Shown: positions 7,759-19,342, counted from the stretch's first letter. The stretch: 64,000 nucleotides of DNA from Waddliaceae bacterium (GCA_963783885.1 CAWAPJ010000001.1:96001-160000), one strand, 5' to 3'. The notes: generated by a model from the sequence alone, not told the origin. Made by a program: numbers and translations.

Positions 7759-8598
7759 TCAAAATTGTCCGATAGCTGGTGAGAAATGCGGCCTAGGGCG
7801 GCGAAAGAAAGAGGGATCCGGCATGCCGCGAAAACACCTGGGCACGAATGGATAATCTTCGGTAATGAAATAATGGTAGATTCCTTCGGGATATTCAGGG
7901 GTGACGCCGAACCGCCCATTGCAGCCGTCGAGGTCCCCTAAACCTTTGACATATTCATAGTCCCGAACAAAAGTACCGTCGTAGCGTCCTCCCGGACCGC
8001 CGGGGCGCTTTCCCCTCTTTATCCGATAGCTGCTTTTCATCTTTTCTATCCCGCTGGAGGCATCCTGAGGATTTTTATATCCGTAGACAGCGTAGATCGG
8101 AAACCCGTCAGCCGCCCAGCCGACAAGTACAGGACGTGTTTTCCAACCCGGCAGCTTCCTCACAAGCCCCCAGGGAACGCCGTGGTAGTGATAAGCGCCG
8201 TTTGGCTGTACATGGGCATCGCTTCGGTCAAATCCGAGGTTGATATGGCCTGAAAGGGCCTCATACTGCCATCCGGAACGAGGATTGCGATTCCAAAATT
8301 CCATTGCCCCGGGATCGAAAGGGACTCCATTGACGGCAACGCCAAAGGGGTGCATGCCTAAAGGAGTCGTATGAGACGCTATTTCCGGATGCAGCGGAAC
8401 GCGGAACATATAATGCTGAGGCTCAATAGTATTTGGATTGTGCGCGTTGGGGAAATGTCCTGTCGGATGATTGGGGATGCCATTGCTTTCGATGATGCGG
8501 AAATTTTGATCTGTGGTTATGCGTACTTCGTTTTTTTCCGCAGATAGTGATGGAAGGGCAAAAAGGAGAATCATTGCCGCTATTTTTCGTATAAGCAT
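7759..8598 (-). CDS. YHYH-domain secreted protein
   Basis: Signal peptide; SNGIPNH, GVAVNGVPF, HVQPNGAYHYHG, GWAADGFPIY, DLDGCNGR, YHYF. Confidence 0.9.
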   Translation of the reverse strand: MLIRKIAAMILLFALPSLSAEKNEVRITTDQNFRIIESNGIPNHPTGHFPNAHNPNTIEPQHYMFRVPLHPEIASHTTPLGMHPFGVAVNGVPFDPGAMEFWNRNPRSGWQYEALSGHINLGFDRSDAHVQPNGAYHYHGVPWGLVRKLPGWKTRPVLVGWAADGFPIYAVYGYKNPQDASSGIEKMKSSYRIKRGKRPGGPGGRYDGTFVRDYEYVKGLGDLDGCNGRFGVTPEYPEGIYHYFITEDYPFVPRCFRGMPDPSFFRRPRPHFSPAIGQF

Positions 8599-8607
8599 CC
8601 ATGCCTC

Positions 8608-11373
8608 CTAGGCAGTGGCATTGCCTTCCTGATTTGTCTGCTGGATCGGCTTCGAGGGTTTTCCATCCTCTTCTGCTGGCGGAGGCGGAGGGGGGGGTGT
8701 CTGAGGTTTTTTGTGCATTTCCTCCAGCTTTTTGATCCTGAGCCGTTTTTCGGTATCATCCCATTTATCTTCCATAATCATTCTCAGGTCTTCAGAATCG
8801 AGTGTCTCGTATTCGATAAGGAGCCTTGCCATAAGCTCCACCTGTTTGTGGTGTTCCTTGATGATCTTGTTTGCCGTCTTGTTGGCTTCATCGAGAATAT
8901 GGCGCACTTCCTCGTCAATGGCCTGTGCTGTGGCCTCCGAATACTTTTTCTCGTGATAGCCTTGAATGCCTAAATAAGAACCCGATTCGTTTCTTTCATC
9001 GTAGGCAACAGCGCCCAATTTATCGCTCATTCCCCATTCACAAATCATACTTCTTGCAAGCTGGGTGGCATGATCGATGTCCTGCTTGGCTCCGCTTGAA
9101 ACATCGCCGACAAAAATTTCTTCAGAGCATCTTCCGCCCATTAGCACTGCGAGCTTGTCGATGACCTCTTTTTTCCAATAGCTGGTCCTATTTTTTTCAG
9201 GAAGAAACATCGTCGCACCCAAAGACATTCCTCGAGGAATGATAGTTACTTTGTCAATGGGATCGCTATGCTCGACAACGAGTCCTACAACTGTGTGCCC
9301 TGCTTCGTGATAAGCGGTTGTCCGCTTTTCATTTTCGTCGAGTTCGAGAGAACGTCTTTCTTTACCATAGAGAACTTTGTCGCGGGCTTCGTTCACTTCT
9401 TGCATCGTAACTGCTGTTCGTTCTTTTCTGGCTGCGATCAATGCCGATTCGTTGAGCATATTGGCAAGGTCGGCACCGGAACAGCCCGGCGTTCCTCTGG
9501 CAAGGGCCATAAGGTCGACGGATGTATCCATCTTAATCTTTTTAGCGTGGACTTTTAAAATTTCAAAGCGTCCTTTAATATCGGGAAGGGGAATCACGAC
9601 GTTTCTGTCAAACCGGCCGGGTCTTAAAAGGGCTTTATCCAGGACATCGGGACGGTTTGTCGCGGCCATAATGATCACCCCTTCATTGGTGTCGAAACCA
9701 TCCATTTCGACAAGAAGCTGGTTTAGTGTCTGCTCTCTTTCGTCATGGCCGCCGCCGATTCCTGCGCCTCGATGGCGTCCGACAGCGTCGATTTCATCAA
9801 TAAAAATAATGCAGGGGGCATTTTTCTTCGCCTGTTCGAAAAGATCCCGGATACGGCTGGCCCCGACTCCAACAAACATTTCGACAAAATCGGATCCTGA
9901 TATCGAAAAAAACGGGCGGTCTGCTTCGCCGGCGACTGCTTTGGCTACTAGGGTTTTCCCTGTCCCTGGAGGCCCGATACAAAGAACCCCTTTTGGTATG
10001 CGCCCCCCTAAACTCGTGAATTTTTTCGGATTTTTCAAAAAGTCGACTATTTCTTCGAGTTCCTCAAGAGCCTCATCGATACCGGCTACATCTTTGAATG
10101 TAATCTTCTGATCGCCTTTTGGTTGTATCAGTTTTGCAGGAGATTTACCGAAATTCATAGCTCCGGATCCCACGCCCTTCATTTGGCGGGCAAACAAAAG
10201 ATAGAGAACTGCAAGGACGCCGAAGGCCAGCAAAGCCGGAAATAAGTAGCTCAGGTATTTCGGAGGAGGCTCTTCGCTTCGAAACTTTTTCTTCAACACC
10301 ATATTCAGGGGCTGGTCGGGAGCTTTGAAATATCCCCCTTTGTTTTTATCAAAGCTGTTCCACTCTTCATTTTCATTGAGAAACCACTGTTGATAGGTTT
10401 CCGGATCCTGACGGACAAGGGCGCGGGTGGAAAGTTCTTTATTATTGAAAAACCAGATCACATTGGAAACGGTGTTTTGTGCTTTCTCCAGCTGAGATTT
10501 ATTATCCTGGAGCTGCACGATATTTTGACTATACTTCGCTACGGCCTGCTGATAATTGCGAACCGATCTCAGCTCAGTGAGACGGACGCCGTCAACAGAA
10601 GTATTGAGGTCATTTACAAGGCTGTTTAGGGAATCGAGTGCTTTTTTATAAACTGACAGGCGTTTTTGCTCGGGAAGACTGGCATTATTTGCGTCGGCTA
10701 CATTTTTTTGGATTTCCCGAAGCTCGGCTTTCATTTTTTCGCTGCCGATGCCCAAAAGCGGCGATCTAAAGTTGCGGATCAGTTCGGCAAGTGCAGCGCC
10801 CAATTTTGTAACAGCTGCATCACTTGGATTTTGGGATGCCGCTTCAAATTGCTGCTGCACATCTTTCAGGCTTGTCACATCCGTGGAAGACAGTTTATGG
10901 ATGACAATCGATTTATTGTTGCCGATGGAGCTCTGAAGATCATCAATGACAATATATCCCGATGATGGGGCAGGAATGCCGCTCAAGTGCAAAAAAAGAT
11001 CGGCGCTCTCTTCTACACGCTTTCTATAATCAACCAGATTCCCCTCAATTCGCTCATTTTCATTGGTGAGCTCATGGTTTTGTTCCAAAAGAGATAGAAA
11101 CTTGTATCGTTTTTTTCCCTCATCGGTTAGGCGGTCGCGAAACCGTCCGCTAAAAGTGACAAGGCTGTCGCCTATAGCTGTTTTACGGTTGTCTTCAGGC
11201 TTTACCAGATCGAGGTTGACGAGCGGTTCAAGCTGGTAGCTGAAGGAGACTTTAGCAGTTTTAACTTCGAGAAAGTTTTGTACAACCAAGACGACAAAAA
11301 AAGCGATGATGAGGAACAAAATGAAGTTGCCCGGCATCCCTTTCTTGGTTTCGTTATTATTTGAATCGCTCAT
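8608..11373 (-). CDS. ftsH: ATP-dependent zinc metalloprotease FtsH (long chlamydial type)
   Basis: [27 protein letters not shown]; two TM segments around a large periplasmic domain. Confidence 0.97.
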   Translation of the reverse strand: MSDSNNNETKKGMPGNFILFLIIAFFVVLVVQNFLEVKTAKVSFSYQLEPLVNLDLVKPEDNRKTAIGDSLVTFSGRFRDRLTDEGKKRYKFLSLLEQNHELTNENERIEGNLVDYRKRVEESADLFLHLSGIPAPSSGYIVIDDLQSSIGNNKSIVIHKLSSTDVTSLKDVQQQFEAASQNPSDAAVTKLGAALAELIRNFRSPLLGIGSEKMKAELREIQKNVADANNASLPEQKRLSVYKKALDSLNSLVNDLNTSVDGVRLTELRSVRNYQQAVAKYSQNIVQLQDNKSQLEKAQNTVSNVIWFFNNKELSTRALVRQDPETYQQWFLNENEEWNSFDKNKGGYFKAPDQPLNMVLKKKFRSEEPPPKYLSYLFPALLAFGVLAVLYLLFARQMKGVGSGAMNFGKSPAKLIQPKGDQKITFKDVAGIDEALEELEEIVDFLKNPKKFTSLGGRIPKGVLCIGPPGTGKTLVAKAVAGEADRPFFSISGSDFVEMFVGVGASRIRDLFEQAKKNAPCIIFIDEIDAVGRHRGAGIGGGHDEREQTLNQLLVEMDGFDTNEGVIIMAATNRPDVLDKALLRPGRFDRNVVIPLPDIKGRFEILKVHAKKIKMDTSVDLMALARGTPGCSGADLANMLNESALIAARKERTAVTMQEVNEARDKVLYGKERRSLELDENEKRTTAYHEAGHTVVGLVVEHSDPIDKVTIIPRGMSLGATMFLPEKNRTSYWKKEVIDKLAVLMGGRCSEEIFVGDVSSGAKQDIDHATQLARSMICEWGMSDKLGAVAYDERNESGSYLGIQGYHEKKYSEATAQAIDEEVRHILDEANKTANKIIKEHHKQVELMARLLIEYETLDSEDLRMIMEDKWDDTEKRLRIKKLEEMHKKPQTPPPPPPPAEEDGKPSKPIQQTNQEGNATA

Positions 11374-11580
11374 ATTTGCCTTCTATACAGTGCTGCGTTG
11401 CTGATTTCAGATATAGTAGGAATCATTTTATCACACAAGCTATTCACATTTCAACAGTTATACCCTTAAGAACCAATCACGAACAAAAAAAATATAAATA
11501 ATCGATTCATTTACAATTCCTTAGGGTTCACTCCTCTCTATATCTTCTCTTACTCTTAACTAAAAAACTCTGCGAATATA

Positions 11581-12864
11581 CTAGCAACACAATTTTTTAA
11601 ATTTCAGCAAGACGCTTTGTTTTTTTTGTTTCCCCTGTTTGGCCCTGCCTGTTAATAGCTCGTAAATCGATTGATCCTCGCTGATTAAAACAGGAGCTAA
11701 GTCTCTGACACAAACGGGTATTTTGTTTTTTGACCACCAGTTTCCGAGGGTCGTAGACCCTTGATAAACCAAAGTATTTTTTGCTGTAGCCATTTGATAG
11801 CTGCCTTCAGGAAGAGCTATATCCGCTTCTCCGCTAAAAACTTGAGTCCAGTTGGGGGTATGGTCATGAGTCTGCCGCCCCAATTCGATTTCCCATCTTC
11901 CAAGTGGACTTTCCTCAAGAAAAAAGAGTTTTTTTCTATCGATAGTCAATTCCTTCGCTCCACATCGGATCTTCTTGTTCGCGGCTCCGGTGCTTAAAAG
12001 CAGGGCTGCTGCCTGTAATTTTTCATGGTTTATCGGAAAATCCATATTTCCGCAGCAGCTTTTAACTAAAAATTTCCACTCAATCAACTGCTTGGGAGGA
12101 GATTGAGAAAAATCATAGCAAATACCGAAAGGCCCGGAAATTTCCCTTGGCTGACAGGGTTTTGTAGCAAATGCCAAATAATCGGCAACTTCTTTAAGCT
12201 CGCTTCCAATACGGCAAAGCGGGTCTATAATGTTTTTTCCGAACTCTCTGGAAAGCAACGGGATAAGACTCTTTCTCATTCGTGCCCGCAAAAAGTTCTG
12301 ATCGCTGTTAGTCGGATCTTCCATCCACTTGCGGCCTTGCCCAGTCATGTATTTCACGATATCGCTCCTAGATGACCGGAGAAGCGGCCGCCAGATCGCC
12401 ACTCCCTCCCACAGGGCTGCCGGCCTCATTCCATAAGCCGATAGACATGAAGACCCTTCAAAAAGTCTTTTTAAGACGGTTTCTGCCTGGTCATTAGCGT
12501 GATGGCCAAGCACAATCGCCTGGGCCTTATATTGTTTTGCAAGATCCAAAAAAAAGCGCATTCTTTCGTTTCTGCACGCATCTTCCAAATTTCCCTTAAG
12601 CCGGTGCTTTTCAATCATATGAAGATGGAAGGGGAGGTCATGAAGGCGGGCAAGCTCCTCCACCTCCATAGCCTCGGCAGCGCTCTCTTTTCGCCACCCA
12701 TGGTCTACATGAGCAATATGAAGCACTGAATAAAAGGAGCGGTTTTCCCGAAGCAGATCAAAGAGGCAAAGGGAATCTACTCCTCCGGATAAACCTAAAA
12801 TCAAAGGGCTTTTCGCTTGAGCATGCTCCTCAAGAAATGCTTTAAAGGTTGTTTTCAGTCTCAT
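11581..12864 (-). CDS. tilS: tRNA(Ile)-lysidine synthase
   Basis: PP-loop SGGVDS, AHVDHGWR, GHHANDQAET, RPLL, EDPTN; next to ftsH. Confidence 0.95.
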   Translation of the reverse strand: MRLKTTFKAFLEEHAQAKSPLILGLSGGVDSLCLFDLLRENRSFYSVLHIAHVDHGWRKESAAEAMEVEELARLHDLPFHLHMIEKHRLKGNLEDACRNERMRFFLDLAKQYKAQAIVLGHHANDQAETVLKRLFEGSSCLSAYGMRPAALWEGVAIWRPLLRSSRSDIVKYMTGQGRKWMEDPTNSDQNFLRARMRKSLIPLLSREFGKNIIDPLCRIGSELKEVADYLAFATKPCQPREISGPFGICYDFSQSPPKQLIEWKFLVKSCCGNMDFPINHEKLQAAALLLSTGAANKKIRCGAKELTIDRKKLFFLEESPLGRWEIELGRQTHDHTPNWTQVFSGEADIALPEGSYQMATAKNTLVYQGSTTLGNWWSKNKIPVCVRDLAPVLISEDQSIYELLTGRAKQGKQKKQSVLLKFKKLCC

Positions 12865-13199
12865 CGAATATATTGAAAATACAAAAATATTAATATTATG
12901 AGAGCCAAAGCCATCAGTATATAATAAAAATAGTTCGGTTCCTGATTCATCTCAAGAATCCGTTCTGGGCCGGGAGTTTCTTTCGCTTCAACTTCTTCCG
13001 GCTCTGTACCCGCTGGAGTTGGGCCCGAGTCTTCAAAAATACTTTTTAATTCGGGAATTTCCCTGATCGGCAGCCAGTTGGGCATCCCAACACGCCAAGC
13101 CAGGGTATAGGGCATCACCCTGCGGTCTCTTTTCAAGTCCCATTTTGAATAAGGGCCTTCGGGTTCTTCACCGACCTTGATATACCACTCTTTGCGCAT
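12861..13199 (-). CDS. GYF_2/DUF4339-like protein with C-terminal TM anchor
   Basis: WY...EGPYS...TLAWRVGMPNWLPIREIPEL. Confidence 0.8.
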   Translation of the reverse strand: MRKEWYIKVGEEPEGPYSKWDLKRDRRVMPYTLAWRVGMPNWLPIREIPELKSIFEDSGPTPAGTEPEEVEAKETPGPERILEMNQEPNYFYYILMALALIILIFLYFQYIR

Positions 13200-13249
13200 A
13201 ACTCTCACTTTAGTATAACATAGATTTTTGTTTTTGTGTCGTTAAATAT

Positions 13250-14386
13250 ATGATAATTTACCGCTATTTGCTGATAGAGTACCTCAAAGTTCTTTTTCTT
13301 TGCGTGGTCTCGTTTATCGCCATTTTACTGACAACAAGGCTCGAAGAAATCGCCCGCTTTGCCGCATCGGGGGGCAGCGGCTGGACTATTTTAAAATTTG
13401 CCGCTTTGCAAATCCCCTATGTTCTTCCGATTGTCCTCCCGGTCTCGAGCCTGATCTCTGCGATCGTCCTGTCTCTTAGGCTGAGCTACTCGCAGGAACT
13501 CACCACATTAAGAGCTGCGGGATTATCATTAAAAAGTATTTTATCTCCGGTCCTCATCACTTCAGCCTTTTTGTCCCTGGTCAATTTTTATATTGTCTCT
13601 GAAGTGGCTACAGAGTCAATTCTGGGCACTCGTCAAATGCAAAGAGATATTACCCTCATCAACCCATTGACTCTAGTCAAGAACAAACAATTGATCAAAC
13701 ATCGAGATCTTTTTATCGATACCCAAAACCGGTCGATTGCGCAAAATACTTTGGAAGGACTGATCGTGGCGATTTGGAACAGCCAGATGAAACGCATCAA
13801 TTTGGTAACAGTTAAAGAAATCTCTTTTTACGAGCCGCACATATACTCCAAAGGATTAACCATGTTTTCCACCTTTGAGCCCAATGAAAAGAACCGCTAC
13901 GATAATTTATACATTGAAAATATTCACGACTCCTCAATGGATGTGGAAGGCTTTTCCCTTTATCTGAAGCAAAAAGCGGCAAGAATCAATGACGATTACC
14001 TGAAAATGGCTCTTTTATTCGGACATATCAGCATGCTGAAAGATAATATCTTGCTGCCTGACTTGACAGTCGGCGAGAAAATGGATCTTACTGTTAAGAT
14101 TCGTAAATCCTATTCGGAAATATTCAGGCGCCTGTCCATGGGCCTTTCCGTTTTTACATTAACTCTTTTGGGCGCCTCTTTCGGCATCTCTACCGGCAGG
14201 CAGAGAACTTTTCGAAATGCCTACTATGTGATCGGACTCGCCAGCATTCTGCTCATCTGCATTTTTGCGGCTAAAGCCTTCATGCAAGATGTCGCTCTTG
14301 CCACTGCCCTTTACTTTGCGCCCCATATCATTATCATATGGCTGTCTCTTTGGAATTTAAAACGGATAAGCAGAGGCATCGGATGA
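13250..14386 (+). CDS. lptF: LPS export ABC transporter permease (LptF/YjgP)
   Basis: IYRYLLIE, LPVSSLIS, SQELTTLRAAGLS; 3+3 TM layout. Confidence 0.85.
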   Translation: MIIYRYLLIEYLKVLFLCVVSFIAILLTTRLEEIARFAASGGSGWTILKFAALQIPYVLPIVLPVSSLISAIVLSLRLSYSQELTTLRAAGLSLKSILSPVLITSAFLSLVNFYIVSEVATESILGTRQMQRDITLINPLTLVKNKQLIKHRDLFIDTQNRSIAQNTLEGLIVAIWNSQMKRINLVTVKEISFYEPHIYSKGLTMFSTFEPNEKNRYDNLYIENIHDSSMDVEGFSLYLKQKAARINDDYLKMALLFGHISMLKDNILLPDLTVGEKMDLTVKIRKSYSEIFRRLSMGLSVFTLTLLGASFGISTGRQRTFRNAYYVIGLASILLICIFAAKAFMQDVALATALYFAPHIIIIWLSLWNLKRISRGIG

Positions 14387-15462
14387 TATTCAAAAGAATT
14401 TGGGAACGCTATTTCCTAAAGGAAATTCTAAAAATCTTCAGCCTATTCATTTTCTGTTTTTACGGACTTTATATCATTATCGATTATTCCAGCAGGAGCG
14501 CCACTCACTATGCTGGAAAGTTTACCTTTTTAGAAATGGGGAAGCTCTATTTATTCATCTTCATCCAACGGATGGATATTCTCATTCCTTTCGCTCTTGT
14601 AGTCGCGACAGTAAAAACGCTTTGCTCATTGAATGTGCACAACGAAATTGTGGCCTTGATGAGCACCGGAGTCAAACTAAAAAGATTGATGCGCCCATTC
14701 ATTTTAGTGGGGCTGTTTTTTGTCTCCTTGCTTTATATTAATGAACAATTTTTCCAGCCGGCGGCATACAGCCGGATTAACTTTTTGAAAGACAAACACA
14801 ATGATGACGAAGCCCGCCAGGATCAATACAAGAACATACAAAATCTGGAAGTGATCGACAAGGGGCAGATTCTCTTCCACGGATATGACAATGCCCGAAA
14901 GTCCTTTTTCGATGTCTATTGGATCATCAGCTTAGACGATATTTACCGAATTAAATACCTTTTTCCCTATGAAGGGTCCCCAAGAGGAAAATTTGTCGAC
15001 CATTTCACAAGAAGCGGCGATGGCGAGCTTCTTCTTGCCGAATCTTTTGAAACAAAAGACTTTCCTCTCATGCGATTCAACCCGAAGAAACTCAGGCAGT
15101 CGATCATTAATCCGCGGGAGGAATCAATTACCAGCTTATGGGAGCACCTTCCCAAGGGGCAGGAAAAGCTTACCGACGCCAAAGCCAGGGCGCTCACCTC
15201 CTTCTACCACAAACTCGTCATGCCCTGGCTCTGCCTCTTGGCTGTGATCGGTCCTGCCCCCTGGTGTCTGAAGTTTACCCGCCAGCTGCCGGTATTTCTC
15301 ATTTATCTGGTCAGCATGATCACTATGGTCACCTATTATTTGATTATGAACTCGGCGATAATCATCGGCGAGAACCAGGTTTTTCCTCCCATTATTGCTA
15401 TCGGACTCCCCTTTTCGCTTTATTTCTTCTTTTTCAGCTGGAAATATTATAAGCTAAGCTAA
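14383..15462 (+). CDS. lptG: LPS export ABC transporter permease (LptG/YjgQ)
   Basis: WERYFLKE, HNEIVALMSTGV; ATGA overlap with lptF. Confidence 0.85.
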   Translation: MIFKRIWERYFLKEILKIFSLFIFCFYGLYIIIDYSSRSATHYAGKFTFLEMGKLYLFIFIQRMDILIPFALVVATVKTLCSLNVHNEIVALMSTGVKLKRLMRPFILVGLFFVSLLYINEQFFQPAAYSRINFLKDKHNDDEARQDQYKNIQNLEVIDKGQILFHGYDNARKSFFDVYWIISLDDIYRIKYLFPYEGSPRGKFVDHFTRSGDGELLLAESFETKDFPLMRFNPKKLRQSIINPREESITSLWEHLPKGQEKLTDAKARALTSFYHKLVMPWLCLLAVIGPAPWCLKFTRQLPVFLIYLVSMITMVTYYLIMNSAIIIGENQVFPPIIAIGLPFSLYFFFFSWKYYKLS

Positions 15463-15478
15463 AAACTGGAGGCTTCAG

Positions 15479-16636
15479 GTGTCAAGCGAACTTATCATAA
15501 ACCTCGCTGCCATTGGTGAAAATATTGACCGAATCCGCTCCCACCTGCCTGCAAACACCCGCATCATGGCCATTCTCAAAGGGGGAACTTACGGTATTGG
15601 GCGGCCGGTTGAACTCGCGCATTTTTTAAGCTGCCAGGGAATCGATATTTTCGGCTTTGCCTTTGTCGATGAAGCCGTTGAACTCCGCAGGGCAGGTTTT
15701 CAAAACGATCTCTTTGTCTTAAATCCCCTTCCCGGCGATGCCGAAAATGTCGCCAAGCACAATCTTCAGGCAGCCGCAGGCGATATAGAGACGCTGATTG
15801 CCTTTGAGGCAAAAGGAAAAGTGAAAGTCCACCTGAATATCAATACCGGAATGAACCGCCTCGGCAGCCCGCTCCATGAAGCCGCAAGACTTGCCGAGTA
15901 TATTCAGATGTCTAAAAATTTAACGCTCGAGGCTGTGATGTCCCACCTTGTGGCCGCGGAAAATCCCCTGCACGACGCCTTTACCTTAAGGCAAATTCAG
16001 GAGATCATCGCAACTGCAGCCTCTTTGAAGGAGGCGGGTATTGAATTTCCCTTTGCCCATATTCACAATTCCGCAGGCGCCTTAAGATTCGCTCATCCCG
16101 AATTCAATTTGGTCAGAATCGGATTGATCATGTATGGAATCCACCCCTCGCCGGAAACGAGGAAGACACTCCCCTTAATCCCTGCCTTAACCTTGAGATC
16201 CCGCATCGTGTCACTCAACCGGATAAACCGCGGAGACACTGTCAGCTATGGCAGAACCTACAAAGCAAAGGCAATGAGTACCCTGATTGCCACTGTTCCA
16301 CTTGGTTACTTTGACGGCTTGCACCGCAGCTATAGCAATCGGGCATCAGTGCTTGTCAAAGGAAAAAAAGCAAAAATCGTCGGCACAGTCTGCATGGACT
16401 TTATGATGATCGATGTAACCGGCATACCCGATGTCGACGTCGGCGACACTGTCACACTCTTCGGGCAAGACGACTGCGGCAATGAACTCTCGCCTGAGGA
16501 ATTTGCCGCTTCCGGAGGCACGATAGCCCATGAGCTGGTCACTTGCATGGGACCAAGGATTAAAAGGAATTTTTTAGGCGGCCTCGGAGACCTCCCTACC
16601 GAATTCGATCATCGGAATGTAAACTTTTGCACCTAA
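15479..16636 (+). CDS. alr: Alanine racemase
   Basis: MAILKGGTYG (PLP Lys), HLNINTGMNRLG, MSHL, VSYGRTY, GYFDG, GTVCMD. Confidence 0.9.
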   Translation: MSSELIINLAAIGENIDRIRSHLPANTRIMAILKGGTYGIGRPVELAHFLSCQGIDIFGFAFVDEAVELRRAGFQNDLFVLNPLPGDAENVAKHNLQAAAGDIETLIAFEAKGKVKVHLNINTGMNRLGSPLHEAARLAEYIQMSKNLTLEAVMSHLVAAENPLHDAFTLRQIQEIIATAASLKEAGIEFPFAHIHNSAGALRFAHPEFNLVRIGLIMYGIHPSPETRKTLPLIPALTLRSRIVSLNRINRGDTVSYGRTYKAKAMSTLIATVPLGYFDGLHRSYSNRASVLVKGKKAKIVGTVCMDFMMIDVTGIPDVDVGDTVTLFGQDDCGNELSPEEFAASGGTIAHELVTCMGPRIKRNFLGGLGDLPTEFDHRNVNFCT

Positions 16637-18808
16637 CATCGGTCTTTTGAACAAAGAATCAAAAGCGCTGCACAGCTCTTTGCCATAGTTTTCAAATCCT
16701 AAAGCTTCGCGCTTTCCCTCCACAACCTGCAAGGCTCCAAGCATCCGATTCAAGGGCTCGGGCAAAATCGCCCTTTCCCGAATGAAAATCGCAGGACCGT
16801 AAATCATCGATTCGATATATTCGATTTCCTCATCGGAAATCTTTTGATTCTGCAAAATTTTATAGAAAGCCAGCATAAATACAGAAGCCGCTCCCCCAAT
16901 GTCAATGGCGTCTTTGCAGCTTAAGCTGAAACTGAAGGGGCGGACGATATCAATGAGTTTAAGCTCTAGGAAAAAATGAAAGAGCGTAATAAAGCTCTGT
17001 CTGTCTTTCATGGATAAATATTTTTCTCCATTGAAAAAAAATTCATGGATTGCTGCTGTCGCATTATCGATAAAGCTTGCAGTCAGATTCTTTTTCACGC
17101 TGTCCGGAAAGTAGTATCCTGCGGAAGAACTTTTCAATTGTTGTTTAAAGCCTTCGATAAAATCTTCGACGTCATCCTGATTTTCATAGGTCCCGCTCTG
17201 ATGATAAAACTCTGTATCGACAGCCAGGGTCAAGACAGTCAAACTATCTGAAAAGAGTGGAGCATTTTGAAGCTGCTCCAAAACCTGGCAGCGTGAGAAT
17301 TCCCTCCAGGATGTTCTGTCCTGTAAATTCACAAGAAGGTGTTTTGCCTTCCTTCCCCTTTGACTTGTCGACAGGAGAAAGCCTTTGAATTCATCGAGTA
17401 CAGACGCCTTATTGACAAAGACCTGCCGTGTTGGAGAGGCCATGCGCAAATTAACAACCCGATCATCGCCAAGATATAAATCGAACCATCTGTGGGGAAG
17501 ATTGTGCTGATGCAACGAGTCAAAAGCGGCATATTTGCCCTCTTCGAGCGATTCAAGAATCCGCTTTAAGGGTCCGCTGGCATGCTTTTTGAAAGATTTG
17601 ACAATTTCAGCGTAATCATAAGCCAGCCTGCTCCATAAAAATATCCCTCTTTCCTGCTCAACGGACGCCGAGCGGGGAATTGCCTCCTTTGCCTCATTCA
17701 AGATCTCGTGGACATTCGGCAGAAGCTCCTGCTGGATGTGCGAATGCAAAAAAGTTGCTCTGCATAGATGCTGCAATACGCTCACGAGGCAGTTTGCCAA
17801 AATGTTTGACGGCTTTGGAGGATAAACCAGTAGTTTTTGATAGTAGCGGTTATTGAGAGCTTCCCTGAGATATCCCTGAAAATCGGCGAAATAGTGAATG
17901 CACGATTTCCCTTCCTTATTTTTTCTGTTGGAATGGAGATTTTTTGGATCTGCGGCGAGCATCAGGGCCATAATCGCGCTGCTCATTTCTCTTACTTGTG
18001 CACGGCCTTTATAACGAAACGCCTCATGGTAGAATCGTTTTAACGACAAATTCAGCGAGTGAAGAATATTGAGCGCTGCCACATGGCACATCACATCGCG
18101 CCAGTTGTATACCCTGGCAAAAATATCGGTTTCTTCATCAGAATAACTTCCGAATTCGCAAACAAGTTTAATATTCCGCAAAAGTCTGGGACTGAAAAAT
18201 CGGCTCCCGTCTTCTTTTCTCATTAATAGAAGCTCATATTCATTGTCCCGCTTAACCATTTCCAGATCCACAAAAACATGCTGGCTCTTTTCTTTTTTTC
18301 TCGCTCTAGCTTTTCTAAGCAATTCCTTGGAAGGACCGGTTTTCGCGAGGCCGAAAATCCATTTGCTGAGCATCCCCTCGTCTACCTGTCTTTCCACTTT
18401 CCTGGTATAAAACTCCTGAAGCCTTTTATATTCGTTCATCTGGGTCACGCTTTTTGTGCTTTTCGTTTTGAAGAGACTAGAAAATTTGTCCAAATTTTTA
18501 GCCGCTTCGCCGACCAGCACCATAATCGACCTGACATCTTCGATTTTTTTCTCCGAAACAACAGGCTCTTCTTCATAGATCAATTTCACGTAGTGCAAAA
18601 TAGTCTGAAAAATCTCCTTAATCCGACCTTCGGAAAGCTCCTTAGAAACATTCTTGATTTTTTTGACCCTTCCAGAAATCGGCTTGACTGTTTCAAGGTT
18701 AGCCAGAGGGACAGCCGGCTCCTCTTCCCCCAGCTGAGCTATAAGAGATAGGGTATTAAGCGCTTCTGAAATACTTACCCTTTTATCATCATCTTTTTTA
18801 CTTTCCAT
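16574..18808 (-). CDS. Conserved chlamydial hypothetical protein (positionally equivalent to C. trachomatis CT837)
   Basis: Long ORF, GAGG RBS before the ATG at 18808; convergent on lptFG as in the recalled chlamydial gene order. Confidence 0.7.
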   Translation of the reverse strand: MESKKDDDKRVSISEALNTLSLIAQLGEEEPAVPLANLETVKPISGRVKKIKNVSKELSEGRIKEIFQTILHYVKLIYEEEPVVSEKKIEDVRSIMVLVGEAAKNLDKFSSLFKTKSTKSVTQMNEYKRLQEFYTRKVERQVDEGMLSKWIFGLAKTGPSKELLRKARARKKEKSQHVFVDLEMVKRDNEYELLLMRKEDGSRFFSPRLLRNIKLVCEFGSYSDEETDIFARVYNWRDVMCHVAALNILHSLNLSLKRFYHEAFRYKGRAQVREMSSAIMALMLAADPKNLHSNRKNKEGKSCIHYFADFQGYLREALNNRYYQKLLVYPPKPSNILANCLVSVLQHLCRATFLHSHIQQELLPNVHEILNEAKEAIPRSASVEQERGIFLWSRLAYDYAEIVKSFKKHASGPLKRILESLEEGKYAAFDSLHQHNLPHRWFDLYLGDDRVVNLRMASPTRQVFVNKASVLDEFKGFLLSTSQRGRKAKHLLVNLQDRTSWREFSRCQVLEQLQNAPLFSDSLTVLTLAVDTEFYHQSGTYENQDDVEDFIEGFKQQLKSSSAGYYFPDSVKKNLTASFIDNATAAIHEFFFNGEKYLSMKDRQSFITLFHFFLELKLIDIVRPFSFSLSCKDAIDIGGAASVFMLAFYKILQNQKISDEEIEYIESMIYGPAIFIRERAILPEPLNRMLGALQVVEGKREALGFENYGKELCSAFDSLFKRPMLGAKVYIPMIEFGREVSEAA

Positions 18809-18996
18809 AAAACCATCCTCACAACTATCTACAACTATTATCCCATCATAAAATATTTTATACAATTAAAATTCAAATTAATTTTATTAGGTATTTAAAT
18901 TAATATTTAAAATATGTTATAATCCACCAAATTTTGATCATTTCCATTTAATCTCAAAATCGTTATGGTTAAGTGATTAAGAAGGAGAGCGCCGCT

Positions 18997-19338
18997 ATGT
19001 TAGACAAGCTGCAATTAAACGGGACGTTAACCGGGGCCTATGAGGGCAATGATTTTAAAGCCGAGTTTAAAGACCGCTCATTAAAGCTCTATTTTGACAG
19101 CATCGACACCTTGAAAACGCTGAAAGACCTGCTCTTTGACAAAATTAAGACGCTTAAAGACGACCCTAAATTGAAAGAGACCCTGGAAAAAATCGACATA
19201 GAAATTTATTTAGAAAAAGAGTTGATTATTAAGATCGGCAAAAGCGCGAAAACCAATTTTATCAGCGGAATGCTCGGAATCCCCTATTTTGAAGTTGTGG
19301 CAAACAGCCGCATGTCGGACCTGATGAGTCTTATGTAA
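18997..19338 (+). CDS. Hypothetical protein
   Basis: AAGGAG RBS before ATG at 18997. Confidence 0.7.
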   Translation: MLDKLQLNGTLTGAYEGNDFKAEFKDRSLKLYFDSIDTLKTLKDLLFDKIKTLKDDPKLKETLEKIDIEIYLEKELIIKIGKSAKTNFISGMLGIPYFEVVANSRMSDLMSLM

Positions 19339-19342
19339 CGGC

